Assembly (NCBI RefSeq): GCF_000019605.1
Contig: NC_010482.1
Coordinates: 1,230,001-1,262,000 of the forward strand
DNA: 32,000 nt
DNA from: Candidatus Korarchaeum cryptofilum OPF8
GTDB taxonomy: Archaea; Korarchaeota; Korarchaeia; Korarchaeales; Korarchaeaceae
Direction of reading: 5' to 3'
The notes under the pieces were generated by a model. The model searched no databases, had not been told where the DNA came from, and saw only the letters and a list, made by a program, of their open reading frames with translations. Shown here one piece after another: positions 25,243 through 32,000 of this stretch. The position numbers and the translations under genes are program-made. The stretch's first letter is position 1; each line of letters begins with the position of its first letter.

Positions 25243-25283
25243 CACTCAAATTTTTACTTTTTTATTACAAAGGGGGTGTTAAC

Positions 25284-26198
25284 TTGCTCTCCACATCGCT
25301 TCTAGTAGAGCAGACGCTTCTGGGCCTGATGATGGGAGGTATTTACGCTGCAATAGGCGTTGGGCTGACGATGATATTCGGGGTGATGAAGCTTAGCAAC
25401 TTCGCCCATGGCGAGTTCTACATGCTGGGGGCCTTCCTCACCTACACGCTGGTCAGCGCTTTGGGTAGCGATCCATACATACTTGCACCTCTAGCAGCAA
25501 TAGCCGTTGGGTTCTTAGGGATAATTCTCAATAAGTTGGTCTTCCTATCACTCTACAAAGAGCTTAGAGAGGCTAAAGGAGCAGCAGCTTTCTTTTTCCA
25601 GGATCTCAGATTCATCATGCTGACTATAGGCCTCTCGATACTCTTCGTAGATCTCGCATTGGTTATCTGGGGGCCTATCCCCATAGCTATACCCAGTGTC
25701 CTCACATCGCATATAATAAAGCTTCCGGGAGGGTTTTCCTTCTCTCTAGCGAGGATAATGACTTTCATCATAGCTTTAGCTTCATTGATCATATTATACA
25801 TGTTCCTCAGGGTAACTAAGACCGGGAAGGCTATAAGGGCTACTGCCCAGAACCCCTCAGCAGCCGCTCTAGTGGGAATAGATACGTACAGGATATACGA
25901 TGTAACGATGTTCATCTCCACCGCCTTAGCAGCGCTAGCTGGAGGTATTCTGGGGCCCATATACAATGTATACCCGACGATGGGGTTGGATGTAGTCGCT
26001 AAAGCATTCGTAGTCGTCATAACAGGAGGTATGGGCAATATAATCGGTAGCATACTTGCGGGATTCCTTATAGGGCTCGCGGAGGGCTTAGGAGGCGTAT
26101 TCCTCGGGACTGAATATAGGCAGGTGGTAGCCTTCGTTATAATGATCTTAGTCCTCTGGTTCAGGCCTCAGGGTATCTTAGGAGGGAGGAGAAGCTGA
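25284..26198 (+). CDS. livH: Liv-type ABC transporter permease (LivH-like)
   Basis: The 304 aa polytopic membrane protein contains NFAHGEFYMLGAF and GKAIRATAQN, typical of LivH. The TTG start lies after AAGGGGGTG. Confidence 0.85.
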   Translation: MLSTSLLVEQTLLGLMMGGIYAAIGVGLTMIFGVMKLSNFAHGEFYMLGAFLTYTLVSALGSDPYILAPLAAIAVGFLGIILNKLVFLSLYKELREAKGAAAFFFQDLRFIMLTIGLSILFVDLALVIWGPIPIAIPSVLTSHIIKLPGGFSFSLARIMTFIIALASLIILYMFLRVTKTGKAIRATAQNPSAAALVGIDTYRIYDVTMFISTALAALAGGILGPIYNVYPTMGLDVVAKAFVVVITGGMGNIIGSILAGFLIGLAEGLGGVFLGTEYRQVVAFVIMILVLWFRPQGILGGRRS

Positions 26199-27151
26199 TG
26201 TTAGGGATAACTAGAGACCTCATAATTGGAGATCTCAAATATTACGCTTTAGCATTCATCTTGCTCCTTCCTTTGCCTCTAGCCGGAGATTACATTACCC
26301 ACATAGCGATAATGATAATGCTTTACTCAATAACGGCGGCTAGCCTGGATATACTAGTGGGTTACACGGGAAGGCTCTCGCTGGGTCACGCGGCATTCTA
26401 CGCCATAGGTGCTTATACATCAACACTGCTCAGCATGAACCTCAACGTAAATCCCTGGATAGGAATCATAATTGGTGGTATATTGGCCTCAATATTCGGA
26501 TTGATACTTGGAATTCCTTCATTAAAGCTGAAGGGTCCTTATCTCGCTATTTCAACACTGGGCTTCGGCGTGATAGTTCAGCTGATGCTGATAAACCTCG
26601 ATTGGCTGACAAATGGACCTATAGGAATACCAAACATTCCTCCGCTCCCCGGAGGACCTATAGACCTCAGAATCAAGTCCTCATTCTATTATGTCGCTCT
26701 TATATTGACTCTTCTCAGCATATTCTTCCTGCACTTACTGACTAAGTCCAGGGTGGGGAAGATATTAGTAGCGATAAGGGAAGATGAGGATGCAGCCCTC
26801 TCCGTCGGAGTTAACGTGTCATTCTTCAAGATATTTGCTTTCATCATAGCGACGTTCTTCGCAGGTCTCTCAGGTGGTCTATACGCTCATTATATAAGGT
26901 ACATAAGTCCCGCGATGTCCGCACTCTCTGAATCAATAAACATACTTTCCATGACGATAATAGGCGGGTTCGGGACTTTAGTAGGTCCTTTGATGGGAGC
27001 AGCTCTTCTCACGATACTTCAGGAAGTCCTGAGGCCCTACTTAGAGTACAGGTACCTGATATATGGAGGCCTCATAGTGGTAGTGATGAAGTTCTTCCCA
27101 TCAGGGATCTACGGGCTCCTCCAATCAATAATCAGGAAGGTGAGAGGATGA
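26198..27151 (+). CDS. livM: Liv-type ABC transporter permease (LivM-like)
   Basis: The 317 aa polytopic product contains GYTGRLSLGHAAFYAIGAY and VAIREDEDAA, typical of LivM. Its ATG overlaps the livH stop (TGATG). Confidence 0.85.
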   Translation: MLGITRDLIIGDLKYYALAFILLLPLPLAGDYITHIAIMIMLYSITAASLDILVGYTGRLSLGHAAFYAIGAYTSTLLSMNLNVNPWIGIIIGGILASIFGLILGIPSLKLKGPYLAISTLGFGVIVQLMLINLDWLTNGPIGIPNIPPLPGGPIDLRIKSSFYYVALILTLLSIFFLHLLTKSRVGKILVAIREDEDAALSVGVNVSFFKIFAFIIATFFAGLSGGLYAHYIRYISPAMSALSESINILSMTIIGGFGTLVGPLMGAALLTILQEVLRPYLEYRYLIYGGLIVVVMKFFPSGIYGLLQSIIRKVRG

Positions 27152-27888
27152 TTTTAGAGGTTAATAATATCACTAAGAGGTTCGGCGGACTTGTAGCTGT
27201 AGATGATGTCACCTTTAGCGTCAGGGAGAGGGAGATATTCGGGATAATAGGCCCTAATGGTGCAGGTAAGACTACGCTATTCAATGTGATAACTGGCTTC
27301 TATAAGCCGGATAAGGGCAGGATCATCTTCCAAGGCAACGATATAACCGGGAAAAAACCAAATGAAATAGCTAAAATGGGTCTTTTGAGGACTTGGCAGA
27401 TCGTCAGACCCTTCTTAGGGATGAAGGTGATAGATAATTTGCTCGTCCCAATGTACGTGAAGAAGGGCATAATTGGAGGCATCACCGAACGTGAGGCAAT
27501 TGAAAGGGCGAATGAGATCTTAGAATTCGTTGGATTATCCCACAGAAGAGATTTCCTTGCTGAAGCCTTGCCCCAAGGTGAGAGGAAGAGGCTTGAGATC
27601 GCTAGAGCCCTCGCATCGGAGCCGAAGTTGCTGATGTTAGATGAGCCCGCTGGAGGGCTCACTCCCACCGAGATGGATGAAGTGATGGATGTTGTGAGGA
27701 AGTTGAGGGAATCCGGCATAACCGTAGTGGTGATAGAGCACAACATGAGGGTCGTAATGGGTATATGTGAGAGGATAATGGCTCTGAATTTTGGAAGGAA
27801 GATCGCCGAAGGAACCCCTGAGGAAATAGGGAGGAATGAAGAAGTAATAAAGGCTTATTTGGGGGAGAGGTTCCATGTTGGAGGTTAA
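27148..27888 (+). CDS. livG: Liv-type ABC transporter ATP-binding protein (LivG-like)
   Basis: The product contains KRFGGLVAVDDV, Walker A GPNGAGKTT, Walker B LLMLDEPAGGL and H-loop IEHNM. It has an ATGA overlap with livM. Confidence 0.9.
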   Translation: MILEVNNITKRFGGLVAVDDVTFSVREREIFGIIGPNGAGKTTLFNVITGFYKPDKGRIIFQGNDITGKKPNEIAKMGLLRTWQIVRPFLGMKVIDNLLVPMYVKKGIIGGITEREAIERANEILEFVGLSHRRDFLAEALPQGERKRLEIARALASEPKLLMLDEPAGGLTPTEMDEVMDVVRKLRESGITVVVIEHNMRVVMGICERIMALNFGRKIAEGTPEEIGRNEEVIKAYLGERFHVGG

Positions 27889-28582
27889 GGACGTATCTGC
27901 ATCTTATGGGAAGGCACTAGCTCTTAAGAAGGTCTCACTAAGGGTTGAGAAGGGCGAAATAGTATCTCTGATAGGAGCTAATGGTGCAGGTAAGACTACG
28001 ACTCTAAGAGTGATCTCTGGGCTTCTGAGACCAAATAGTGGCGATGTAATAATGGACGGTCGGAGCATAGTCGGTAAGGAACCCTTCCAAATCGCATCGC
28101 TCGGCCTCATACATGTCCCGGAGGGGAGGGGTCTCTTCCCGGAGATGACCGTCATTGAGAACCTCGAAATGGGGGCTTTCTTAAGGAAGGACAGGGAGAG
28201 TGTGAAACGCGACCTTGAGTTCGTCTACTCACTCTTCCCGATTCTGAAGGAGAGGGGGAAGCAGCTAGCTGGGACCCTGAGCGGAGGGGAGCAACAGATG
28301 CTAGCTATAGCTAAGGGCCTGATGGGAGCTCCGAGGATCTTATTGCTCGATGAACCATCGCTCGGGCTCTCACCCATAATGGTCGATAGGATATTCGATG
28401 CGATACAGCAGATAAATAAGGAGAGAGGGATATCCATTTTAATAGCCGAGCAAAATGCTTATATGGCTCTAAGTGTCAGTCATAGGGCATATGTAATCGA
28501 GAACGGAACTACCGTCATGGAAGGCGCTGGGAGGGAGCTTCTAGGAAATGAACATGTAAAGAAAGCATATTTGGGGATTTGA
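27875..28582 (+). CDS. livF: Liv-type ABC transporter ATP-binding protein (LivF-like)
   Basis: The product contains Walker A GANGAGKTT, signature LSGGEQQM, Walker B LLLDEPSLGL and H-loop EQN. It overlaps livG by 14 nt. Confidence 0.9.
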   Translation: MLEVKDVSASYGKALALKKVSLRVEKGEIVSLIGANGAGKTTTLRVISGLLRPNSGDVIMDGRSIVGKEPFQIASLGLIHVPEGRGLFPEMTVIENLEMGAFLRKDRESVKRDLEFVYSLFPILKERGKQLAGTLSGGEQQMLAIAKGLMGAPRILLLDEPSLGLSPIMVDRIFDAIQQINKERGISILIAEQNAYMALSVSHRAYVIENGTTVMEGAGRELLGNEHVKKAYLGI

Positions 28583-28585
28583 ATC

Positions 28586-30010
28586 CTATTCAGGGGCGCT
28601 ATATCTCTCTATTATCTCTTTTATATCCAGTAACTCCACTTCCAGCCCCCTCAGGCTGCTCAGATATTTAGCTGCTTTCGCTGAATTCGTGGTCACTCTC
28701 TTGATCCCCAGTTCCTCGAGCGGAGAGACGACCATGCAAGTATCATACCATATTCTAGCCCCAAATCTTTCGATCTTCCATTTAAGCCTCTCTATTAGGG
28801 GCATGAATGCCCTAGCTGTAAATATCCAGAATTTGACGATCGCCTTCCTCCCGTTCATCAGATCAGATAACCCCTTAATCTCCTGAAGGGATAGGTGAGG
28901 GCATCCAAGTACCACGAGATCAGTGCCCCCATCGAAGGAGCTAAGCTCCTCACGTAAGCTCAATAAATCCCTTTTAGTGACTTGAATTGATTTCGCAGCA
29001 TCTGAAAGCTTGTTGGGCGTGATTCCAGGTATATGGTACATTTCTATTGAACCTGAAGCCGCGCCAGCGGCTGCCAGTGCCTTCAGTTCAGCTAAAGAGG
29101 CTCTCTTAACGTTATAGATGGGCACTGAATCGGGATAGTGGAGCCCGATGTGATAAGCCAGAAGATAGTAATGGAGTAAATTCTCCAGGGACTCCGGGTA
29201 AACCGCTAAGTCGGGCACCCTGTTCTCATCCAAATGCTTCCCATAAAGAGGGGTGTATCCCGTGGCTGCTGCCACTATAGTCTTCGTAGCTCCCTCCCTG
29301 TTCGATCTAGCCCCTATAACGCTGTTTATGAAAGCTACCGCGCTAGACTCTCCCCAGCAGACGCTCTCACCATAGGCCGGGAGGTTTCCTGAGAGATAGG
29401 GAGTGCAGGTGAAGGTCGGTAGGGCTCCCATTTCAATGAGTGAATCGACTATCTCTATCTGTCCCCTCGCGAAGCCCTCAGGTATTCCCATATCCCTCCA
29501 GCTAATTAGATCCATCCCCGCGGGATTCGTCGTAGCAGTTACCTTGAACCTGATCTTACTAGCAATTCCCGATAACCATTCCCTCCCGGCCTCCCCTATC
29601 GTAGCGTATGATACGCCGGATATATGAACCGATTTGATCCTCGCGAACCTCTGAGCCCCTGAGATAGATGCCTCCCTCTCCAAATACCTCTTTAAGCTCT
29701 CATCGACCTCTTCATCCTCAAGTTTCACTTCCTTAACTCCTTTGAGCTCAACAGGTATTCCTGCAAGCTCAGCGGCTATTGTGACACTATCAGGCTCCTC
29801 TAAAATTATCTTCAACGGGGCAGTGTTATTTCTCTTCAGAGCGAAGAAGATATAAGCTCCTACTGTCGAGCCCGTGGATCCCCTTAGCCTTATGACCCTG
29901 CCGGCGATGCTCTCTCCCTTCTGAGGGTGGCCTTCCTGCACTATCCTACCTGTTCTCACGTCTATACCATCGAGCCAGGAGATAGGTGCGCTCAACGCGA
30001 GCTCGCTCAA
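28586..30010 (-). CDS. Aconitase-X (AcnX) family single-chain protein: N-terminal swivel domain (DUF126-like) fused to C-terminal catalytic domain (DUF521-like)
   Basis: Residues 1-90 read PISWLDGIDVRTGRIV...GESIAGRVIRL..GSTVGAY...NTAPLKIILEEPD...AELAGIPV. Residues about 105-474 read SVHISGVSYATIGEAG...TATTNPAGMD...TFTCTPY...CWGESSAVAFINSVIGARSNREG...TGYTPLYGKHLDENR...LGCPHLS...YDTCMV. The TTG start overlaps the TGA stop of the upstream M42 gene. Confidence 0.75.
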   Translation of the reverse strand: MSELALSAPISWLDGIDVRTGRIVQEGHPQKGESIAGRVIRLRGSTGSTVGAYIFFALKRNNTAPLKIILEEPDSVTIAAELAGIPVELKGVKEVKLEDEEVDESLKRYLEREASISGAQRFARIKSVHISGVSYATIGEAGREWLSGIASKIRFKVTATTNPAGMDLISWRDMGIPEGFARGQIEIVDSLIEMGALPTFTCTPYLSGNLPAYGESVCWGESSAVAFINSVIGARSNREGATKTIVAAATGYTPLYGKHLDENRVPDLAVYPESLENLLHYYLLAYHIGLHYPDSVPIYNVKRASLAELKALAAAGAASGSIEMYHIPGITPNKLSDAAKSIQVTKRDLLSLREELSSFDGGTDLVVLGCPHLSLQEIKGLSDLMNGRKAIVKFWIFTARAFMPLIERLKWKIERFGARIWYDTCMVVSPLEELGIKRVTTNSAKAAKYLSSLRGLEVELLDIKEIIERYSAPE

Positions 30011-31104
30011 AGCTCTTGGAACCCCCTCACTACCTTGGAATCCATCTTCCTAATGAGAGCTAAGAGTAGCTTCATCGTGGCTTCGACATCATCTGGGGAG
30101 AGTATCGAGCTGTGAGAGTGTATGTGCCTCGTAGGAATTCCGAGGACAACTGATGGAACTCCCTTGCTGTGCAGATGAACCCTTCCAGCATCGGTTCCCC
30201 CTCTAACCGCTGAGAGTTGGTAGGGTATATTCTCCTCCTCCGCTACCTCTATCACGAACTCCCTCAGCTTGAAGTTCGGTATCATGCTCCTATCCCAAGT
30301 TATTATCGAGACACCCTCCCCCATCTTCGCTGGGGCCTCAGCTGAAGTTATCCCCGGGGAGTCGCCAGCTATATCGACGTCCACTGCAATGAAGACATCA
30401 GGATTGACAACATCAGCTGCTGTCTCAGCACCTCTCAATCCGACCTCCTCCTGCACAGTCGCTACAGCGTAGTAAGTATTGGGATGATTGACTCCCCCCT
30501 CCTTCAGATTCCTGAGGACCTCCATGACGACTAAAGTGCCAACTCTGTCATCGAAGGCCTTCCCGAGCCAAGCCTTTCCTCCTCTCAATACCTCAAATGG
30601 CGCTAGAGGGGCGACTGGATCCCCTATCCTTATCCCCATCTCCTTCACCTGATCCTTATTCTTAGCCCCTACGTCTATGAAGAGATCCTTTATCTCAATG
30701 GGCTTATTCCTCTCCTCGGGAGTCATAAGATGAGGGGGCTTGCTAGTGATCACTCCAACGTGATCCCCTCTTTTCGTCCTCACGATGACCCTTTGAGCCG
30801 GTAATGTAGTCGAGGCCCATCCACCCAGCGTTTCGAACTTAAGGAATCCATTATCCTCTATTGAGACTATTATAAAGCCTATCTCATCAACATGACCGGC
30901 AGCCATGACTTTTGGTCCCTCAGTTTCTCCAGATTTCTTGAATATGAGGGATCCGAGGCCATCCCTTATCGAGCTCTCTGAAAAAATCGAGTATCTCTCC
31001 TTGATTAAGTTAATTGGCTCGGATTCGAATCCGGAGGGACCAAAACTCTCCGAGAGCCTGGAGAAGAAGCTCACCAACTCGTCGTCCATAGGGCTAGTAA
31101 CCAT
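30007..31104 (-). CDS. M42-family (TET/FrvX-like) metallo-aminopeptidase
   Basis: The 365 aa product contains AGHVDEIGF, KAFDDRVG, TVQEEVGLRGA, AVDV and GGTDAG, matching M42 metal ligands and order. The internal ATG 31089 (MDDELV...) is an alternative leaderless start. Confidence 0.85.
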   Translation of the reverse strand: MVTSPMDDELVSFFSRLSESFGPSGFESEPINLIKERYSIFSESSIRDGLGSLIFKKSGETEGPKVMAAGHVDEIGFIIVSIEDNGFLKFETLGGWASTTLPAQRVIVRTKRGDHVGVITSKPPHLMTPEERNKPIEIKDLFIDVGAKNKDQVKEMGIRIGDPVAPLAPFEVLRGGKAWLGKAFDDRVGTLVVMEVLRNLKEGGVNHPNTYYAVATVQEEVGLRGAETAADVVNPDVFIAVDVDIAGDSPGITSAEAPAKMGEGVSIITWDRSMIPNFKLREFVIEVAEEENIPYQLSAVRGGTDAGRVHLHSKGVPSVVLGIPTRHIHSHSSILSPDDVEATMKLLLALIRKMDSKVVRGFQEL

Positions 31105-31107
31105 ATG

Positions 31108-31116
31108 TATAAATTA
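31108..31116. promoter_or_regulatory. Single TATA-like element (TATAAATTA) in the 31-bp divergent spacer between the M42 peptidase and the SIS protein
   Basis: The element is centred 24 nt upstream of the SIS ATG (31136) and 23 nt upstream of the M42 internal ATG (31089) on the other strand. It reads as an AT-rich box in both orientations. Confidence 0.35.
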
Positions 31117-31135
31117 ACCTTTATCCGATAGAGCG

Positions 31136-32000
31136 ATGATGCCTAAGGAACCCGGAGCTCATATGAGAGCTGAGATAAATGAGCAACCTGAAGCCATCGC
31201 TAGGACACTTAAGGAGTGCTCCAATGAAGTGAGCGAAGCCGCTAAACTATTGGATAATTCATTCATATATGTCACCGGCAGTGGATCGAGCTATCATTCC
31301 TCGCTGGTGTTGAGCAGGGCGCTCTCCAGGATTGCTGGCTTGAGAGCGACCGCGATACCGGCATCGGAGCTCCCGGAGTGGATCCCAGGGGAGCTCCCCA
31401 ATTCATCTCTCGTAGCGATCTCCCAGAGCGGAGAGAGTATAGATGTTATAAATGCCGTAGAATCTTTCAGAAAAGCTTCTCCCGAATCTCCCATTCTCTC
31501 GATAACGAATACTAGGAATAGCACCCTCCATAAGATCTCCGATGTATCTATAATCACTAGGGCTGGGGAGGAAAGAGCTATAGCTGCTACGAAGACTTAC
31601 ACTACACAGCTCGCAGCTTCTTACCTCCTCTCACTAGAGTTAGCGGGGATCAGGGGTAAGGATATTGAGGAGCTCAGGAGGGAGCTTGAGAGGGTCCCTG
31701 ATGCCATCAGGGAGATCTTAAGTAAGGATTATAGAATCTATGCCGATAAAATAAGGGAAAAGGAGTTTGGATTCATTTTAGGAAAAGGACCGAATTATCC
31801 TACAGCTCTAGAATCTGCTCTAAAGCTTAGGGAGACTGCGAACCTGCACTACGTAGGTTACTCGGCGAGAGAGTTTTTGCACGGCCCAATACAGCTCCTC
31901 ACAAAGGGGACTCCCGTATTCCTAATACTAGGATCGGAGATAGAGGATATAGCCCAGAAGGTGAGATCCCTCGGAGGTGATGTTATAAATGTGGATGAAG
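31136..32000 (+). CDS. Double-SIS-domain sugar-phosphate isomerase/deaminase-like protein (GlmS C-terminal-like, no glutaminase domain); 3' end beyond the window
   Basis: This ORF is not in the ORF track because it runs off the right edge. My translation reads MMPKEPGAHMRAEINEQPEAIARTLKE...YVTGSGSSYHSSLV...LVAISQSGESIDVI...AATKTYTTQLAA...GKGPNYPTALESALKLRETANLH...EFLHGP. These are the two SIS modules as in GlmS-isomerase, GlmD and FrlB-like proteins. Confidence 0.75.
   Translation, partial: MMPKEPGAHMRAEINEQPEAIARTLKECSNEVSEAAKLLDNSFIYVTGSGSSYHSSLVLSRALSRIAGLRATAIPASELPEWIPGELPNSSLVAISQSGESIDVINAVESFRKASPESPILSITNTRNSTLHKISDVSIITRAGEERAIAATKTYTTQLAASYLLSLELAGIRGKDIEELRRELERVPDAIREILSKDYRIYADKIREKEFGFILGKGPNYPTALESALKLRETANLHYVGYSAREFLHGPIQLLTKGTPVFLILGSEIEDIAQKVRSLGGDVINVDE

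Noticed and set aside
25553-26053. 166-aa minus-strand ORF inside livH, and the similar antisense ORFs 27300-27746, 18798-19247, 22162-22545, 2001-2342, 2514-2843, 3873-4223 and 6678-7052
   Set aside because: All lie fully antisense to genes with strong family motifs. Their products are Ser/Pro/Ala/Ile-rich without motifs. These are typical shadow ORFs in genomes with this codon bias.
1-32000. CRISPR arrays, transposases/IS elements, rRNA genes and large direct repeats
   Set aside because: Scanning the spacers and ORF products found no regularly spaced repeats, no transposase, integrase or Cas-like product, and no rRNA-like sequence. A computational repeat search would be needed to exclude short dispersed repeats.

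Overview
This window looks like a compact archaeal chromosome segment, probably from a (hyper)thermophile. The signs are AT-rich TATA-like boxes about 25-35 nt upstream of many start codons, many apparently leaderless or short-leader genes, a tRNA with all-GC stems and no encoded CCA, heavy AGG/AGA/ATA codon use and Glu/Lys/Ile/Arg-rich proteins. My impression is a TACK/Korarchaeota-like lineage, but I cannot verify that without a search.

About 37 protein genes and one tRNA-Lys(UUU) fill roughly 93% of the window. I saw no rRNA, CRISPR array, transposase or integrase.

Gene content, in order:
- surE (partial) and a protein disulfide oxidoreductase.
- A four-subunit 2-oxoacid:ferredoxin oxidoreductase operon (gamma-delta-alpha-beta).
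- A LysW-like zinc-ribbon protein with a poly-acidic tail, a DsbB-like membrane protein, and a DUF504/MJ1316 protein next to a metallophosphoesterase.
- cutA and a ThiF/MoeB-type E1-like enzyme.
- A MazG, phosphoribosyltransferase and GlyRS operon.
- A small beta-CASP nuclease, an Lrp/AsnC regulator divergent from a DUF2070-like membrane protein, tRNA-Lys, and a degenerate HEPN-like protein.
- An ABC ATPase, Ig-stack surface protein and FtsX permease operon.
- HisRS, an Mrr-like PD-(D/E)xK protein, and a stand-alone TrpB2.
- Carbamate kinase with an OTC-family transcarbamylase, a five-gene Liv-type amino-acid ABC importer, a fused aconitase-X protein coupled to an M42 peptidase, and a SIS-domain protein (partial).

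Most of the window is core metabolism and translation. I found no convincing defence island or mobile element. The items I think most deserve a second look are:
- The permuted single-chain AcnX (DUF126 before DUF521), translationally coupled to a peptidase.
- The OTC-family enzyme, whose second-substrate motifs look altered, paired with carbamate kinase but with no arginine deiminase visible.
- The orphan LysW-like protein with a long Trp-studded acidic tail.
- The ABC, four-Ig-domain surface protein and FtsX operon.
- A chain of three ATGA-linked mini-ORFs in the putative leader of trpB2.

All family assignments come from reading motifs by eye against remembered family consensus. No database search was run.
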